A stretch of 60,081 bases of DNA from an uncultured Clostridia bacterium (lineage in GTDB: Bacteria > Bacillota > Clostridia > TANB77 > CAG-508). Shown piece after piece: positions 1 to 9,681 of the stretch (position 1 is the first letter of the stretch; each line of letters begins with the position of its first letter). Both the position numbers and the translations under genes were made by a program. Location of the stretch: assembly GCA_948919095.1 (NCBI GenBank), contig CAQYCU010000001.1, positions 1 through 60,081 on the forward strand, in the 5' to 3' direction. The notes under the pieces were generated by a model. It saw only the letters and a program-made list of their open reading frames with translations. It made no database searches and was not told the DNA's origin.

Positions 1-43
1 ATTTATTATACACTCTCTCATAAAATGTGTCCATATATCTATT

Positions 44-1546
44 CTAACACCAATCATCTATTAATTCATCTACAACTTTTTTTGATAAATGCTGTAATTT
101 ATAATTTTCTTTAAATTTGTTTATCCATTCCTTATTTTTATCTGATTTAAAATTGATTTTTTTTAATTTTTCGCTTATTTCCTTTTTTTCTCTAATAAGT
201 CTTTTTAGGCAATTATTATATTCATTTTCATATTCTGTATATTCTTCTCTTGTTATAAATTTGCAAATCAAGTCATCCTTTATTGCTTCTTTTAATTTTT
301 CGTATTTTAAAATATTATTATCTATATCTAATAATCTTGTTTCTAGTATTTCTTCATCATAATTTATATTGTTATAACTAATAACTCTATCAATATCCAT
401 ATCTATGTCAATAACTAATTCTATTTGTTTGTTTATTAGATTTAATACCATTTCTTTCAGTTTTTCTTTTTTTATTGAATGATTAGTACACGATTTTTCT
501 CTTAAAAAAGATGTACAATAATAATATTCATATTTTTTTATTTTCTTTATTGTAAACGAATTTCCACAATCATTACATCTTAAATGTCCTGAAAATGTAT
601 CATACTCTTTGTTTTTATTCACTTTTATATCTCTATCATAGATTATATCTTGTACTTGATTAAAATCTTCTCTACTAATAATTGCCTCGTGATGATTAGG
701 TATTATGATCCAATCTTCAAAACTATTTTCAACAACTTTGTGTATTTTATGACTTATTGTTCTTTTTTTGCTTTGAATTAAATCTCCTGTATAGGTCTGA
801 TTTTTTAATATCTTATCTAACTTTTTGCTATCCCAATATTTAGTTTTCTCTGTTACTTTAAAATTGTAATCTGTATCTTGCATTTGATATAGTCTTGGTG
901 GTAATATTCCAAATTTATTTAATTCATCTATAACTTCTGTTTTGCTTTTTCCATTTAATATCATTTTGAATATCTTTTTTACGATTTTTGAGGCATATTT
1001 ATCTATTATAAGTTTGTGTTTATCTCTTGGATTTTTTTTGTATCCGTAAGGTGCAACTGAACCTATAAACTCTCCATTAGCTTTTTTTGTATTTAAAACA
1101 CTTCGTACTTTATTTGATATATCCCTCGCATATTCATCATTCATTAAGTTCTTAAAAGGAACAATTATATTGTTAATAGATTTTGGGTCTTTATAACTAT
1201 CTACATTATCATTTATAGCTATAAATCTTACATTATATGATGGAAAAACTTGCTCTATATAATTACCTACTTCTATATAATTTCTTCCAAATCTTGATAA
1301 ATCTTTTACTATAACAGTATTTATTTTTCCCTCTTTAATATCATTAAGTAATCTTTGGAAATCTGGTCTATTAAAATCTGTCCCTGTAAATCCATCATCT
1401 ATATAATAGTCATAGATTTTTAAATCTTTTTCTTTCTTTAAAAACAAATTTATTAAATTTTTTTGGTTAGTAATACTATTTGATTCCATTTTATCTCCAT
1501 CATCACTTGATAATCTTAAATAAACACCTACTTTCCATTTAATCAC
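44..1546 (-). CDS. large serine recombinase
   Basis: 500-aa ORF. N-terminal resolvase domain (VGVYLRLSSDDGD, DLSRFGRNY) with the nucleophile Ser. Has a recombinase domain, Cys zinc-ribbon (CNDCGNSF...YYYC) and coiled-coil tail. Close paralog of the next ORF. Confidence 0.9.
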   Translation of the reverse strand: MIKWKVGVYLRLSSDDGDKMESNSITNQKNLINLFLKKEKDLKIYDYYIDDGFTGTDFNRPDFQRLLNDIKEGKINTVIVKDLSRFGRNYIEVGNYIEQVFPSYNVRFIAINDNVDSYKDPKSINNIIVPFKNLMNDEYARDISNKVRSVLNTKKANGEFIGSVAPYGYKKNPRDKHKLIIDKYASKIVKKIFKMILNGKSKTEVIDELNKFGILPPRLYQMQDTDYNFKVTEKTKYWDSKKLDKILKNQTYTGDLIQSKKRTISHKIHKVVENSFEDWIIIPNHHEAIISREDFNQVQDIIYDRDIKVNKNKEYDTFSGHLRCNDCGNSFTIKKIKKYEYYYCTSFLREKSCTNHSIKKEKLKEMVLNLINKQIELVIDIDMDIDRVISYNNINYDEEILETRLLDIDNNILKYEKLKEAIKDDLICKFITREEYTEYENEYNNCLKRLIREKKEISEKLKKINFKSDKNKEWINKFKENYKLQHLSKKVVDELIDDWC

Positions 1547-3203
1547 TATTTATCACTTCCTTACTACTAACAAATTCTAATGCTTTTTTATATTCATCTT
1601 GATATTTGAATTTTATTGTAACATTGCCACCCTCGTGTACATATATTGTGTCAATTAGCTCATCTATTACATCTTTACTTAATGTTTTAATTTTTTTATT
1701 TCTTTTAAAATGTTCTATCCAATAATCATCTTTTTTTAGATTTTTTATGTTCTCTAAATATATTGTTTCTAATGCCTTTATTTCTTTATTTATGATTTCT
1801 ATTCTTTCATCATAGTCTTTGGCATAAGTCAAATATTCTTCTTTACTAATCTTTTCAAATTTCCAATCTTCATAAGAAACCTTTTTCAATTTTCTTAATT
1901 TATCAATGTCATTATTCATTTTTTCTACTTGACTTGAGTATTCTCTCTCATATTTACTACTTAGTCCATCTTTCTTTAATTTACTTATAGTCTTTTCTAG
2001 TTCCAATACCAACTTTACTTGTAATAATATCATCTCTAAAACTATATTATTAAGGTCTGCTGTTCTTATTTTATGAGGAGAACATACATTACTTTGTGTC
2101 TTATAACTTCTGCAGTAAAAGTTTGAGCATTCCCTTTTTTCTCTATAATCTTCCATTCTACACATTGCGTGTCCACAATCTGCACACTTTATTTTCCAAC
2201 TATAAATTGATGGTTGTGATGGCTTTTTTCTATTGCACTTCCTATCTTCTATCAGTTTGCCAACCTTTTTAAATTCTTCTATTTCAACAATTCCTTTGTG
2301 TGTTCCGTTTACAATAATCCATTCTTCTTTTGGTTTTGCCACTTGTTTATGATTTTTGTAACTTATTGAGCCTGTCCTATTATAAACTAAATTCCCTATA
2401 TAAGTTTCATTAGTAAGAATATTTGAAATTGTTGTCTTGCTCCACCTATATTTGCTTTCTTCATTTGCATCTAAACTAATGTTGTATTTATTTCTTCTTT
2501 GAATTTCTTTTCTACATAAAATATTATTGTTATTCAAATATTGACATATCTTTAATGTTCCATCTCCTTTTAGTGCCATTTCATATATAAGTCTTACATT
2601 TCTTGCTTCATCTTCATCAATAATAAGCTGATAGATATTTTCTGGATTTTTTTTATATCCATAAGGTGTTGTACCTCCTACAAACTCTCCGTTTTTAGAT
2701 TTTGTTAATAATACACTTCTTACTTTATTAGATATATCTCTAGCATATTCGTCATTCATTAAATTTTTAAATGGTACAATAACATTATTTATTGACTTTG
2801 GGTCTTTATAACTATCTACATTATCGTTTATTGCAATAAATCTTATATTATATAAAGGAAAAATCTGCTCTATATAATTACCTACTTCTATATAATTTCT
2901 TCCAAATCTTGATAAATCTTTAACTATAATTGTATTTATTTTTCCATTTACCATATCATTAAACATTCTTTTGAACTCTGGTCTATGAAAAGTTGTCCCA
3001 CTATAACCATCATCTGCATAATAATCTACAATTTTCAAATTTTCTTCATTTTTTAAATAATATGTTATTAGTTCTCTTTGATTTTTTATACTATCTGATT
3101 CTGCATTATCTCCATCATCACTTGATAATCTTAAATATATTCCCACTTTCCACTCTATTTTTTGACATCTGTTAGCAAGTTTTTTACTTTTTCTACCTGC
3201 CAT
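1539..3203 (-). CDS. large serine recombinase
   Basis: 554-aa ORF with the same architecture (GIYLRLSSDDGD, SRFGRNY, CADCGHAM...FYC). Overlaps the neighbouring ORFs by a few nt, suggesting operon coupling. Confidence 0.9.
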   Translation of the reverse strand: MAGRKSKKLANRCQKIEWKVGIYLRLSSDDGDNAESDSIKNQRELITYYLKNEENLKIVDYYADDGYSGTTFHRPEFKRMFNDMVNGKINTIIVKDLSRFGRNYIEVGNYIEQIFPLYNIRFIAINDNVDSYKDPKSINNVIVPFKNLMNDEYARDISNKVRSVLLTKSKNGEFVGGTTPYGYKKNPENIYQLIIDEDEARNVRLIYEMALKGDGTLKICQYLNNNNILCRKEIQRRNKYNISLDANEESKYRWSKTTISNILTNETYIGNLVYNRTGSISYKNHKQVAKPKEEWIIVNGTHKGIVEIEEFKKVGKLIEDRKCNRKKPSQPSIYSWKIKCADCGHAMCRMEDYREKRECSNFYCRSYKTQSNVCSPHKIRTADLNNIVLEMILLQVKLVLELEKTISKLKKDGLSSKYEREYSSQVEKMNNDIDKLRKLKKVSYEDWKFEKISKEEYLTYAKDYDERIEIINKEIKALETIYLENIKNLKKDDYWIEHFKRNKKIKTLSKDVIDELIDTIYVHEGGNVTIKFKYQDEYKKALEFVSSKEVINSD

Positions 3204-3621
3204 TATATTGTTTTCCTTTTACACAAGCTATTTTCTTTAAAAAATCGTTTTTTATCTTTTTCTGCATATTATAAAAGTCATTATTATCTCTAACAGATGT
3301 TAATTTTACATTTCGTGGAAGCAAACAATTACTAACAAAATTATCAAGTTCTAATATATTTCTGCTAATTCTTGAGTAATCACTTACTAATATTTCTTTA
3401 ATATTACCCTTTTCAATCTGTAATAACATTTTTTCTAGCATTGGTCTTTTTAAATTCAATCCCGAATAACCATCATCAATATAGTAGCCAGTTATAGTAT
3501 AATTCCTTTTCTTTTCTAAATATTCTTCAATTATATTTTTTTGAAGATTTTTTGTTTCATCAACTTGATTCTTATTCCCAACCCTTATATAAACCGCAAC
3601 TTTAATTTTTTCATTTTTCAT
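3193..3621 (-). CDS. resolvase-domain-only protein, probably catalytically dead
   Basis: 142 aa with the resolvase N-domain signature (YSRISRN). The nucleophile position reads YIRVGNKNQ instead of Y-x-R-x-S. No recombinase or zinc-ribbon domain. Confidence 0.6.
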   Translation of the reverse strand: MKNEKIKVAVYIRVGNKNQVDETKNLQKNIIEEYLEKKRNYTITGYYIDDGYSGLNLKRPMLEKMLLQIEKGNIKEILVSDYSRISRNILELDNFVSNCLLPRNVKLTSVRDNNDFYNMQKKIKNDFLKKIACVKGKQYNGR

Positions 3622-3707
3622 AACACTTTCTCCTTTCGTGCTAATTTTAGAAAAGATAAAAATGTTTTTCCATTGTGTGATTACTTGCTATCGCATACTT
3701 GCAAGAT

Positions 3708-3992
3708 TTATTCATATATGCTTTTAATAACATTTGTAATACAAGACTCTGCTGTTCTTGTATTATTTGAAAATTCTATCTTTACTAGCTTACCATTAAC
3801 TTTAAATATATAAGGATTTGATGCACTACTTAAAAAATCCAGTATTCTATCTTTACTGGATTTTCGCTTATTTATATTGATATTAGAAATATCTTCTATA
3901 TCATTTGCATTAACTTCGTCTATACTAATATTTTTACATTTTTCTAATTTTTGCTCTAATTTCTCTATATCAATTTTATTCACATTTACCAC
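3708..3992 (-). CDS. small conserved recombinase-associated protein (unknown function)
   Basis: 94 aa. The NPYIFKVNGKLVKIEF segment resembles small proteins I recall next to serine recombinases in clostridial ICEs. Translationally coupled to its neighbours. Confidence 0.4.
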   Translation of the reverse strand: MVNVNKIDIEKLEQKLEKCKNISIDEVNANDIEDISNININKRKSSKDRILDFLSSASNPYIFKVNGKLVKIEFSNNTRTAESCITNVIKSIYE

Positions 3993-4386
3993 CTACCATA
4001 TTAGCATTAGTGGTTTTCCTTTTTATATACTCTACTGCATTATCTGGCGAATAAAGTTTAGCAACTACTAAAAATTCGCTTACAATATCTTTCAATTCAA
4101 TGGTTCTATTTGATTTCATAAGGTTTTTAAACACTATATAAGCATAAGAAAGTATTTGTTCAATATTCAAACTCCAATATAAATCAATTTTTTCTATAAA
4201 TTCAACATCAACTAAATCAACTAATTTATTTTTGTCTATGTTTACAATTACTGTTGTAACATTGTTCATTATTTCTTCAAATTTATCCTTATTCTCTGTT
4301 TCTTTAAAACCTATAATAAAATAACCTACCATTTGTTTTACAGAATATCTTTCGTATAATAATTTCTCTAATATTTTTTCTTCCAT
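3976..4386 (-). CDS. hypothetical protein downstream of MazF
   Basis: 136-aa ORF in the same operon orientation. No motif recognised. Confidence 0.4.
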   Translation of the reverse strand: MEEKILEKLLYERYSVKQMVGYFIIGFKETENKDKFEEIMNNVTTVIVNIDKNKLVDLVDVEFIEKIDLYWSLNIEQILSYAYIVFKNLMKSNRTIELKDIVSEFLVVAKLYSPDNAVEYIKRKTTNANMVGGKCE

Positions 4387-4437
4387 TTCTTATTCCTTTC
4401 CAATAAAAAAGAAACAAGTAACTTTAACACCTGTTTC

Positions 4438-4827
4438 TTAATATTTGTCTTTTATTCCTTGAGCAATTTTCATTGCTATATCTAATTTTTTCATTATATT
4501 GGGTGGCAATTTTCCTAATCTATCGCCTAATCTACTCTTATCTATCGTTCTTATTTGCTCTGCTAATATTGTTGAATCGCATTTTAGCTTTCCAAATTGT
4601 TTTACATCTATATGTGTAGGTTGTGGATTAACAATATCTAATCTTTTAGTAAACGGAAGTACAATTGTAGTTGGAGAATATTCATTGCCTGTATTATTTT
4701 GTACTATAACAACTGGTCTATTTCCTTTCTGTTCACTTCCTACTGCTTCAAACAGTTTAGCATAATATATTTCTCCTCTATAAATTTGTCTTGTTTCTCT
4801 TTTTGTTTCCACCTTTATTGCCTCCAT
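4438..4827 (-). CDS. MazF/PemK-family endoribonuclease toxin
   Basis: 129 aa with RGEIYYAKL...GSEQKGNRPVVIVQNN...IVLPFTKR...ILAEQIRTIDKSRL, the canonical PemK/MazF pattern. Confidence 0.85.
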   Translation of the reverse strand: MEAIKVETKRETRQIYRGEIYYAKLFEAVGSEQKGNRPVVIVQNNTGNEYSPTTIVLPFTKRLDIVNPQPTHIDVKQFGKLKCDSTILAEQIRTIDKSRLGDRLGKLPPNIMKKLDIAMKIAQGIKDKY

Positions 4828-4981
4828 TTTTGTAGTTTCTTATATATTCTAATTGCTCATTATCTTCTATTTCTCGTTCTCTATCTGTCTTGTCCATATT
4901 AGCACTTATAAGTAAAATATATGTAAAAAATGTTATTGCTAATAAACTTACTACTATCATTGCTACTATCATTCTTTCCAC
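4778..4981 (-). CDS. small membrane protein overlapping the mazF start
   Basis: 67 aa: one N-terminal TM helix then a highly charged tail. SD AAGAGGTGG lies upstream. Overlaps the MazF ORF by 50 nt. Not MazE-like. Confidence 0.35.
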   Translation of the reverse strand: MERMIVAMIVVSLLAITFFTYILLISANMDKTDREREIEDNEQLEYIRNYKNGGNKGGNKKRNKTNL

Positions 4982-5253
4982 CTCTTTTATATCAAGGAAC
5001 TACCTTATTTCAGATAGTTCCTATTATTACTTTTCTATCTTCATTACCATTAAATTGTGATTTGCTAAATCACCCATAGGAATCTCACCTGCCTGTACAC
5101 AGACTTGCACTCAATGCTTGGGACGGTTTTATCACGCTCGAACTATGACTATGCAAAAGTATCAATCCACTAACATCTTCGCCTTATTGGGTGCAATCCA
5201 ATATTTTTACATTTTATGAGTTCTGCTCTCTCATAAACGAGCTCTTTTAGTGG

Positions 5254-5357
5254 TGTTATAATGGTTTATTAAATTTTCAATGTGCCTTTTTGAAAGGAAT
5301 AAAAAATACCCCCTCAATCCATAAAGGAAAAGTTTGGGGGTATTTTCGGTTTTTTTC
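5254..5357 (+). ncRNA. candidate short plus-strand sRNA
   Basis: Extended -10 TGTTATAAT at 5254-5262. About 45 nt later comes the hairpin AATACCCCC/GGGGGTATT (5305-5344) plus a T-run. No ORF. Confidence 0.25.
5303..5357. terminator. bidirectional rho-independent terminator
   Basis: 9-bp GC-containing stem at 5305-5313/5336-5344, flanked by an A-run on the left and a T-run on the right. Sits immediately 3' of the sigma-like gene. Confidence 0.7.
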
Positions 5358-5869
5358 TAAACTTTTAAAATTTTTTTCAATTTTTCTAATACTTTAACTT
5401 TTCTATCAAATATTGTTGATATACCACAACCTGTATTTCTTGCATATTCTGTCATTGTTTTTTCATTAAAAAATAATTCTCTTATCATTTTGTATTCTTC
5501 TTTATCTAATTTAAGTAATGCCTTTCTCAATTGCTCTATTTCAATTTTTCTTTCTATTTCAAATTCTGTATCTTTACTTATATCTGCAATAACTTCTTTA
5601 TCGTTCATATCTTCGTCAGAATTTAATTCTTCAATAGAAACTACCTGTAGCTTTTGTAATACTTTTTTGCAATACCTATTTCTTTCTATTTCAGTATAGT
5701 AATCTTCATATTCTTTTTTAGATACCTCTAACAACATTCCGTGTATGTATATAAATTTCTTTTCATTATATGAATTTACTATTTTTCTTCTCTTTTCTAA
5801 TTCTTCGTATGTTATTTCTTCATAGATACCTTTACCTATTTTTATAAAACATTTTGCATTATCTTTCAT
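5357..5869 (-). CDS. sigma-70 region-4-like HTH regulator typical of conjugative transposons
   Basis: 170 aa. The C-terminal part (LDKEEYKMIRELFFNEKTMTEYARNTGCGISTIFDRKVKVLEKLK) looks like a sigma region 4 HTH. Confidence 0.65.
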   Translation of the reverse strand: MKDNAKCFIKIGKGIYEEITYEELEKRRKIVNSYNEKKFIYIHGMLLEVSKKEYEDYYTEIERNRYCKKVLQKLQVVSIEELNSDEDMNDKEVIADISKDTEFEIERKIEIEQLRKALLKLDKEEYKMIRELFFNEKTMTEYARNTGCGISTIFDRKVKVLEKLKKILKV

Positions 5870-5954
5870 TTTCTAACCTCCAAATCATCAAATTTCAAAA
5901 AATTCAATGATTTGCAGGTGGGGATTTGTTTCTTATAATGCCTTGCCCTAATAT

Positions 5955-5999
5955 GCAAAAAACACCTATGATAGAACACAAAAATTCTATATAGGTGTT
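5955..5999 (-). terminator. rho-independent terminator upstream of the sigma-like gene
   Basis: Stem AACACCTAT/ATAGGTGTT (5961-5969/5991-5999) with inner stem ATAGAA/TTCTAT. Followed on the minus strand by TTTTTT. Confidence 0.6.
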
Positions 6000-6048
6000 T
6001 ATATTTGCATTTATAAAATTACTCTTTCTACTACTAATAAAAATCAAC

Positions 6049-6149
6049 ATCCATACAACTCTCCAGACTTTTCTTTAATTTTTGTCTGGTGTACCTTGTA
6101 TGGATTTCTTTAGTGTTCGGAGTTTATTAAACTCTTTTCACGAACACTA
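6049..6149. ncRNA. two long perfect stem-loops (candidate leader or sRNA)
   Basis: Hairpin 1: ATCCATACAA/TTGTATGGAT (6049-6058/6096-6105) with inner CCAGAC/GTCTGG. Hairpin 2: TAGTGTTCG/CGAACACTA (6111-6119/6141-6149) with inner GAGTTTA/TAAACTC. ORF-free and bracketed by two terminators. Confidence 0.3.
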
Positions 6150-6203
6150 TACATTGATTTTATTGTTTCCTTTTAAAATGTGTAGAAAAAAAGGAATTTG
6201 TGT

Positions 6204-6235
6204 ACAAAAAAAGACGCTATTTTAAAATAACGCCT
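6204..6235 (-). terminator. rho-independent terminator of the three-small-gene operon
   Basis: Minus-strand RNA GGCGUUAUUUU/AAAAUAGCGUC (with G-U pairs) followed by a U7 run, just 3' of the ORF ending at 6259. Confidence 0.6.
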
Positions 6236-6258
6236 ATTTATATTTAATTATTTAAGTA

Positions 6259-6564
6259 TTAAGTTTCAGAAATTTTAAGTAATTTTAAAAGTAGATCACT
6301 AATCATAGATGTATCTTCTTTTTTCTCAATCATTACTTTTCTTCTTCTATCTAGTCCATTTATAATAGCTCCTAATTCATACTTATCTACTTTCATTTTA
6401 TTCTTTAATTTACATATTACTTCACTAATCACATTTGCAGATTTATTTTCTTTTAATACTGCATTTCTAAAATCATTTAACGCATACAATACTATTCTTA
6501 ATTCTTCATCATTTAACTCTATTTTCTTCTTATTATTAAACATTTTGTTCCTCCAAAATATCAC
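6259..6564 (-). CDS. hypothetical protein
   Basis: 101-aa ORF, start/stop coupled to the upstream ORF. Confidence 0.45.
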   Translation of the reverse strand: MIFWRNKMFNNKKKIELNDEELRIVLYALNDFRNAVLKENKSANVISEVICKLKNKMKVDKYELGAIINGLDRRRKVMIEKKEDTSMISDLLLKLLKISET

Positions 6565-6773
6565 TATTTTATATTGCTTTCTAATTTATTTAATATTCCA
6601 TTATACTTATCTCGTAGTTCACTAATATTATTTTTGCTATTACTCATTATATCTTCAATAATTCTATGTTCAACTCTAGCAATTTCATCTTTTGAATACT
6701 CTTTATCTTCTATAATTTCAATATGATTTATCATATTTCTTTCTTCATCATTAAATATTTTGTACAAGTTCAT
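6564..6773 (-). CDS. hypothetical protein
   Basis: 69-aa ORF with a 4-nt overlap to its neighbours. Confidence 0.4.
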   Translation of the reverse strand: MNLYKIFNDEERNMINHIEIIEDKEYSKDEIARVEHRIIEDIMSNSKNNISELRDKYNGILNKLESNIK

Positions 6774-7051
6774 TTTGCTCTCTTTTCCTTTCTTTTTTCT
6801 TCTTTTATTGCTATCATTAGTTCATTTGATTCTACTATTCTATTGCAATTTTTATATATAAATTTTGCTCCTGTAAAATATACCTTATATCCTTTATTTT
6901 CAAAGTAATTTTTGTTCATTTCTAGGAATATCTGTAATTCTTCATCTGTCAAATTATTCGTTACTTTCAGTTCGTAAAAGGTATATCTTATATAGTCTTC
7001 ATTTTCTTGAATTTTCTTATTTATATAGTCAGTTACAAATTGTTGCGTCAT
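6770..7051 (-). CDS. hypothetical protein
   Basis: 93-aa ORF, first gene of a coupled three-gene unit. Confidence 0.45.
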   Translation of the reverse strand: MTQQFVTDYINKKIQENEDYIRYTFYELKVTNNLTDEELQIFLEMNKNYFENKGYKVYFTGAKFIYKNCNRIVESNELMIAIKEEKRKEKRAK

Positions 7052-7227
7052 TTTCTATCACTTCCTAAAACTTTTATTTATCATACCACATAACTCAAAA
7101 AATTCATAGTGCATATAAAATTTTTCCAAAATTATTACTTTTGACATTTTACGACATTATTTGATATTTTTCTTATTTTTTGTTTCAAAAAAACTTTAAA
7201 TGTGTACAAAAAAAGATGTTTTTTATA

Positions 7228-7256
7228 TTGAATTTACATAATTTTAATGATATAAT
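7228..7256 (+). promoter_or_regulatory. sigma-A-type promoter for the Spo0A-like gene
   Basis: TTGAAT (7228-7233), 17-nt spacer, TATAAT (7251-7256), about 40 nt upstream of the ATG at 7298. Confidence 0.55.
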
Positions 7257-7297
7257 GTTGCAAGAATTTATAAAAATACATTTGTGGGGCTGATAGT

Positions 7298-8027
7298 ATG
7301 GTTAATGTTTTAATAGGCAACAAGAATACAGATGAGATTGCTATTCTTCGCCAAGAACTTACAAATGATAAAATTTTTAGAATTGAAAATGTAGTTACAG
7401 GAACGGAAATAATTACTACATACTGGAAATTTAGTCCAGACATTTTAGTTTTAGATAGCGAATTACCAGATATGTCAACAGAAAATATTATTGATAGGTT
7501 ATCTTGCACTCCTCTTGAACGAAAAAGATGTAATACTATTCTAACAGTACCATCAAATTACATTATGAGATTAACTGATTTACAGAAAATCAATACAGTT
7601 CTGTATAAACCTATTTCTAATCACAAGTTATCAAATACAATTAAAAAAATTGCTATTGACTATAATACACCAGATATTGAAGTAGGAGAAATTGAATGGC
7701 TTTTGCTGTCTTTAAACTTTAATTGTATGTCCACTCGGTTATATTTATATGAAAGATGCAATTACTTATTGCTATTATAAACCAGATGAATTGGAATATT
7801 TAACAAATGTGTTAAAATATATTTCTTATAAATATAATGTCCCAATTTCAAGAGTTAGAGATTGCTTAAATAGTAGTATTCGCCCATTTAATAATACATC
7901 TCTGACTTATACTAATGAACTATACAATTCATTATATAATAATGGACATAGTCTTTCTCTAAAAGACTTTCTTGAGAGAGTTGTCTATTATCTAATTAGA
8001 GTAAAGAAAAAAGGTAGATTATTCTAA
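7298..8027 (+). CDS. Spo0A-like regulator (receiver + Spo0A_C-type DNA-binding domain); needs a +1 shift at CGG 7736-7738
   Basis: Two track ORFs (7298-7780, 7749-8027) join as ...NCMST|GYIYMKDAITYCYY... if the C at 7736 is skipped. Receiver keeps LVLDSELPDM, T and K. The C-terminal part resembles the Spo0A effector domain (GY-Y---AI, VPISRVRDCLNSSIR). Confidence 0.7.
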
Positions 8028-8050
8028 TATTTAGAATGTATCTACCTTTT
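8013..8050. terminator. bidirectional terminator between convergent genes
   Basis: GGTAGAT...ATCTACC (8013-8019/8040-8046) with inner ATTCTAA/TTAGAAT. A-run before, T-run after. Confidence 0.6.
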
Positions 8051-8053
8051 ATT

Positions 8054-9573
8054 TTATAACTTCGTAAATTCATTAAGATATTCTTTGTAATCTTCTATTA
8101 TTTCATTATATCTTTTTTCCGAATTTTCCCTTATTATTGTATTCATCTTATCTCCTATTTCTCTTTTTGCTTCCATAAAATCGTCTTTTGGAATATCTGT
8201 TGCAATCATATTAAATACTGGAACTTCGTTATCCAAAATTTTCTTTGACTTTCTTACTACATCAAGACCATTCATACTTGTTCCAAAATCATATTTTGAA
8301 AATACCATTTCTGGCTTTAATTCAACTATTTTGTTATATGTTTCTTCTGCATTTTTTGCTACAGCAACTATTTTTATATCTTTTCTCTTACTTAAAATAT
8401 TAACAATTTCATCTTTTACTACATCTTCATTATGAGCAACTATTGTTCTGATTTTATCTCCTTTAGTTTTGCTTTCCCACTCTAACTCTTGCCATATCTT
8501 TTCATTTTGTTTTGGCTTAAAAGAGCAACAAACTGGTACATATTTACCAAATTTATTATGTTTGAATTGTGTTGCACAAGGTGTATTTTTATTCATTTTT
8601 ATTCCAAGTAATTCATTTGTGGGAGAGTTATCCCATTCAATTTTATTATTATAATATCTTGCTATACCGTATGGAGTTCCTATTAGTAATGGACAGATTC
8701 TAATTATTCCGTTTGGGTGTACTAATACTGCTGACCTCGTTTTACAAGTACAATAACCATAATATTCTGGATTTCTTATAAATCTATCTTTTGTTACAAA
8801 AGATGATGGTATTCGTACAGGTATTGAATACTCATTGTTCTCAACTTTTTGTTCTATTTCATCTTTTACTTCAAACCATTCTTTAACACTAATATCAATA
8901 TTTCCAGTAAAATGATCACGAGGTATTCCGAGTCTTAAATAAGTTGTGAAAGTTTATTTTATCTATTCCTATATCTTCTGCAAATTTTATCATTCTATCT
9001 AAATATAAATTGCCGTTTTCATCTCTTTTTATTAACTCTTTGCTAATGCAAGAAGTTATATCTATATTGTACCCTAATTCTTTTGCTTTTTTTATATTTT
9101 GAACACACTTATCAAATGACTTACCTCTTATGCTATCATTTATCTCTTTTGTCGGTCCATCTAAACTAAATGTTATTTCATCTAGCATTTTAAATTCTGG
9201 TTGTTCTAGTAATTCACTATCAAATTGTCCATTCGTGTCTATTCTAACATACTCATACCCTAACTCTTTTGCATTTTTTATTAACTCTAATAAAGGTTTA
9301 TTGTTTTCTTTCTTTCCATATAAAGTTGGCTCTCCTCCGCATTAGAGTTAATTTAACTGCTCCTAACATTCTAAAATCACTAATCAATTTAACTGCATCT
9401 TCAAAGGCAATTTCTTTTTTCTCTACTTGAAAACATATATCTAGTTTATATAAACATTGCACACATCTTAAATTGCAATCATCAATCAAATAAAGAAAAA
9501 CTTGTTTTAAATTATTTTGAAAATAGTCTTTGAATTTTTCATCCATATTATAATTCATTTTCAACATCTCCAA
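8054..9573 (-). CDS. radical SAM / SPASM-like Cys-rich domain fused to a C-terminal receiver (REC) domain; needs +1 shifts at CGG 9337-9339 and 8928-8930
   Basis: CNLRCVQC (CxxxCxxC) near the N-terminus. Junctions restore KLTLM|GGEPTLYGK and NLFKT|GIPRDHFTGN. I translated 8597-8953 by hand: it is open and in frame with ORF 8054-8596. That stretch contains CTCK...ICP...PCATQ...VCCSF, then a CheY-like domain (IRTIVAHNED...FSKYDFG...MIATDIPK). The likely start is M6 at 9558, downstream of a GGAG. Confidence 0.7.
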
Positions 9574-9593
9574 ATCTTTTTATGGTAGTTATA

Positions 9594-9622
9594 ATTATAT
9601 AATGGATAGTAATGCTTGTAAA
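9594..9622 (-). promoter_or_regulatory. sigma-A-type promoter for the radical SAM gene
   Basis: On the minus strand: TTTACA (9622-9617), 17-nt spacer, TATAAT (9599-9594). Confidence 0.55.
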
Positions 9623-9681
9623 TTTTGAAATATTGACAGTATTGTTAGTTTTTCCAAAGTTTAGAAAAAAAAAGAATACAA

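Noticed and set aside
6199-7216. A 16-mer, TGTGTACAAAAAAAGA, present at 6199-6214 and 7201-7216, as a possible operator.
   Set aside because: The first copy is the U-tract side of a terminator. Two copies of an A-rich word in AT-rich intergenic DNA are weak evidence. No dyad symmetry beyond TGTACA.
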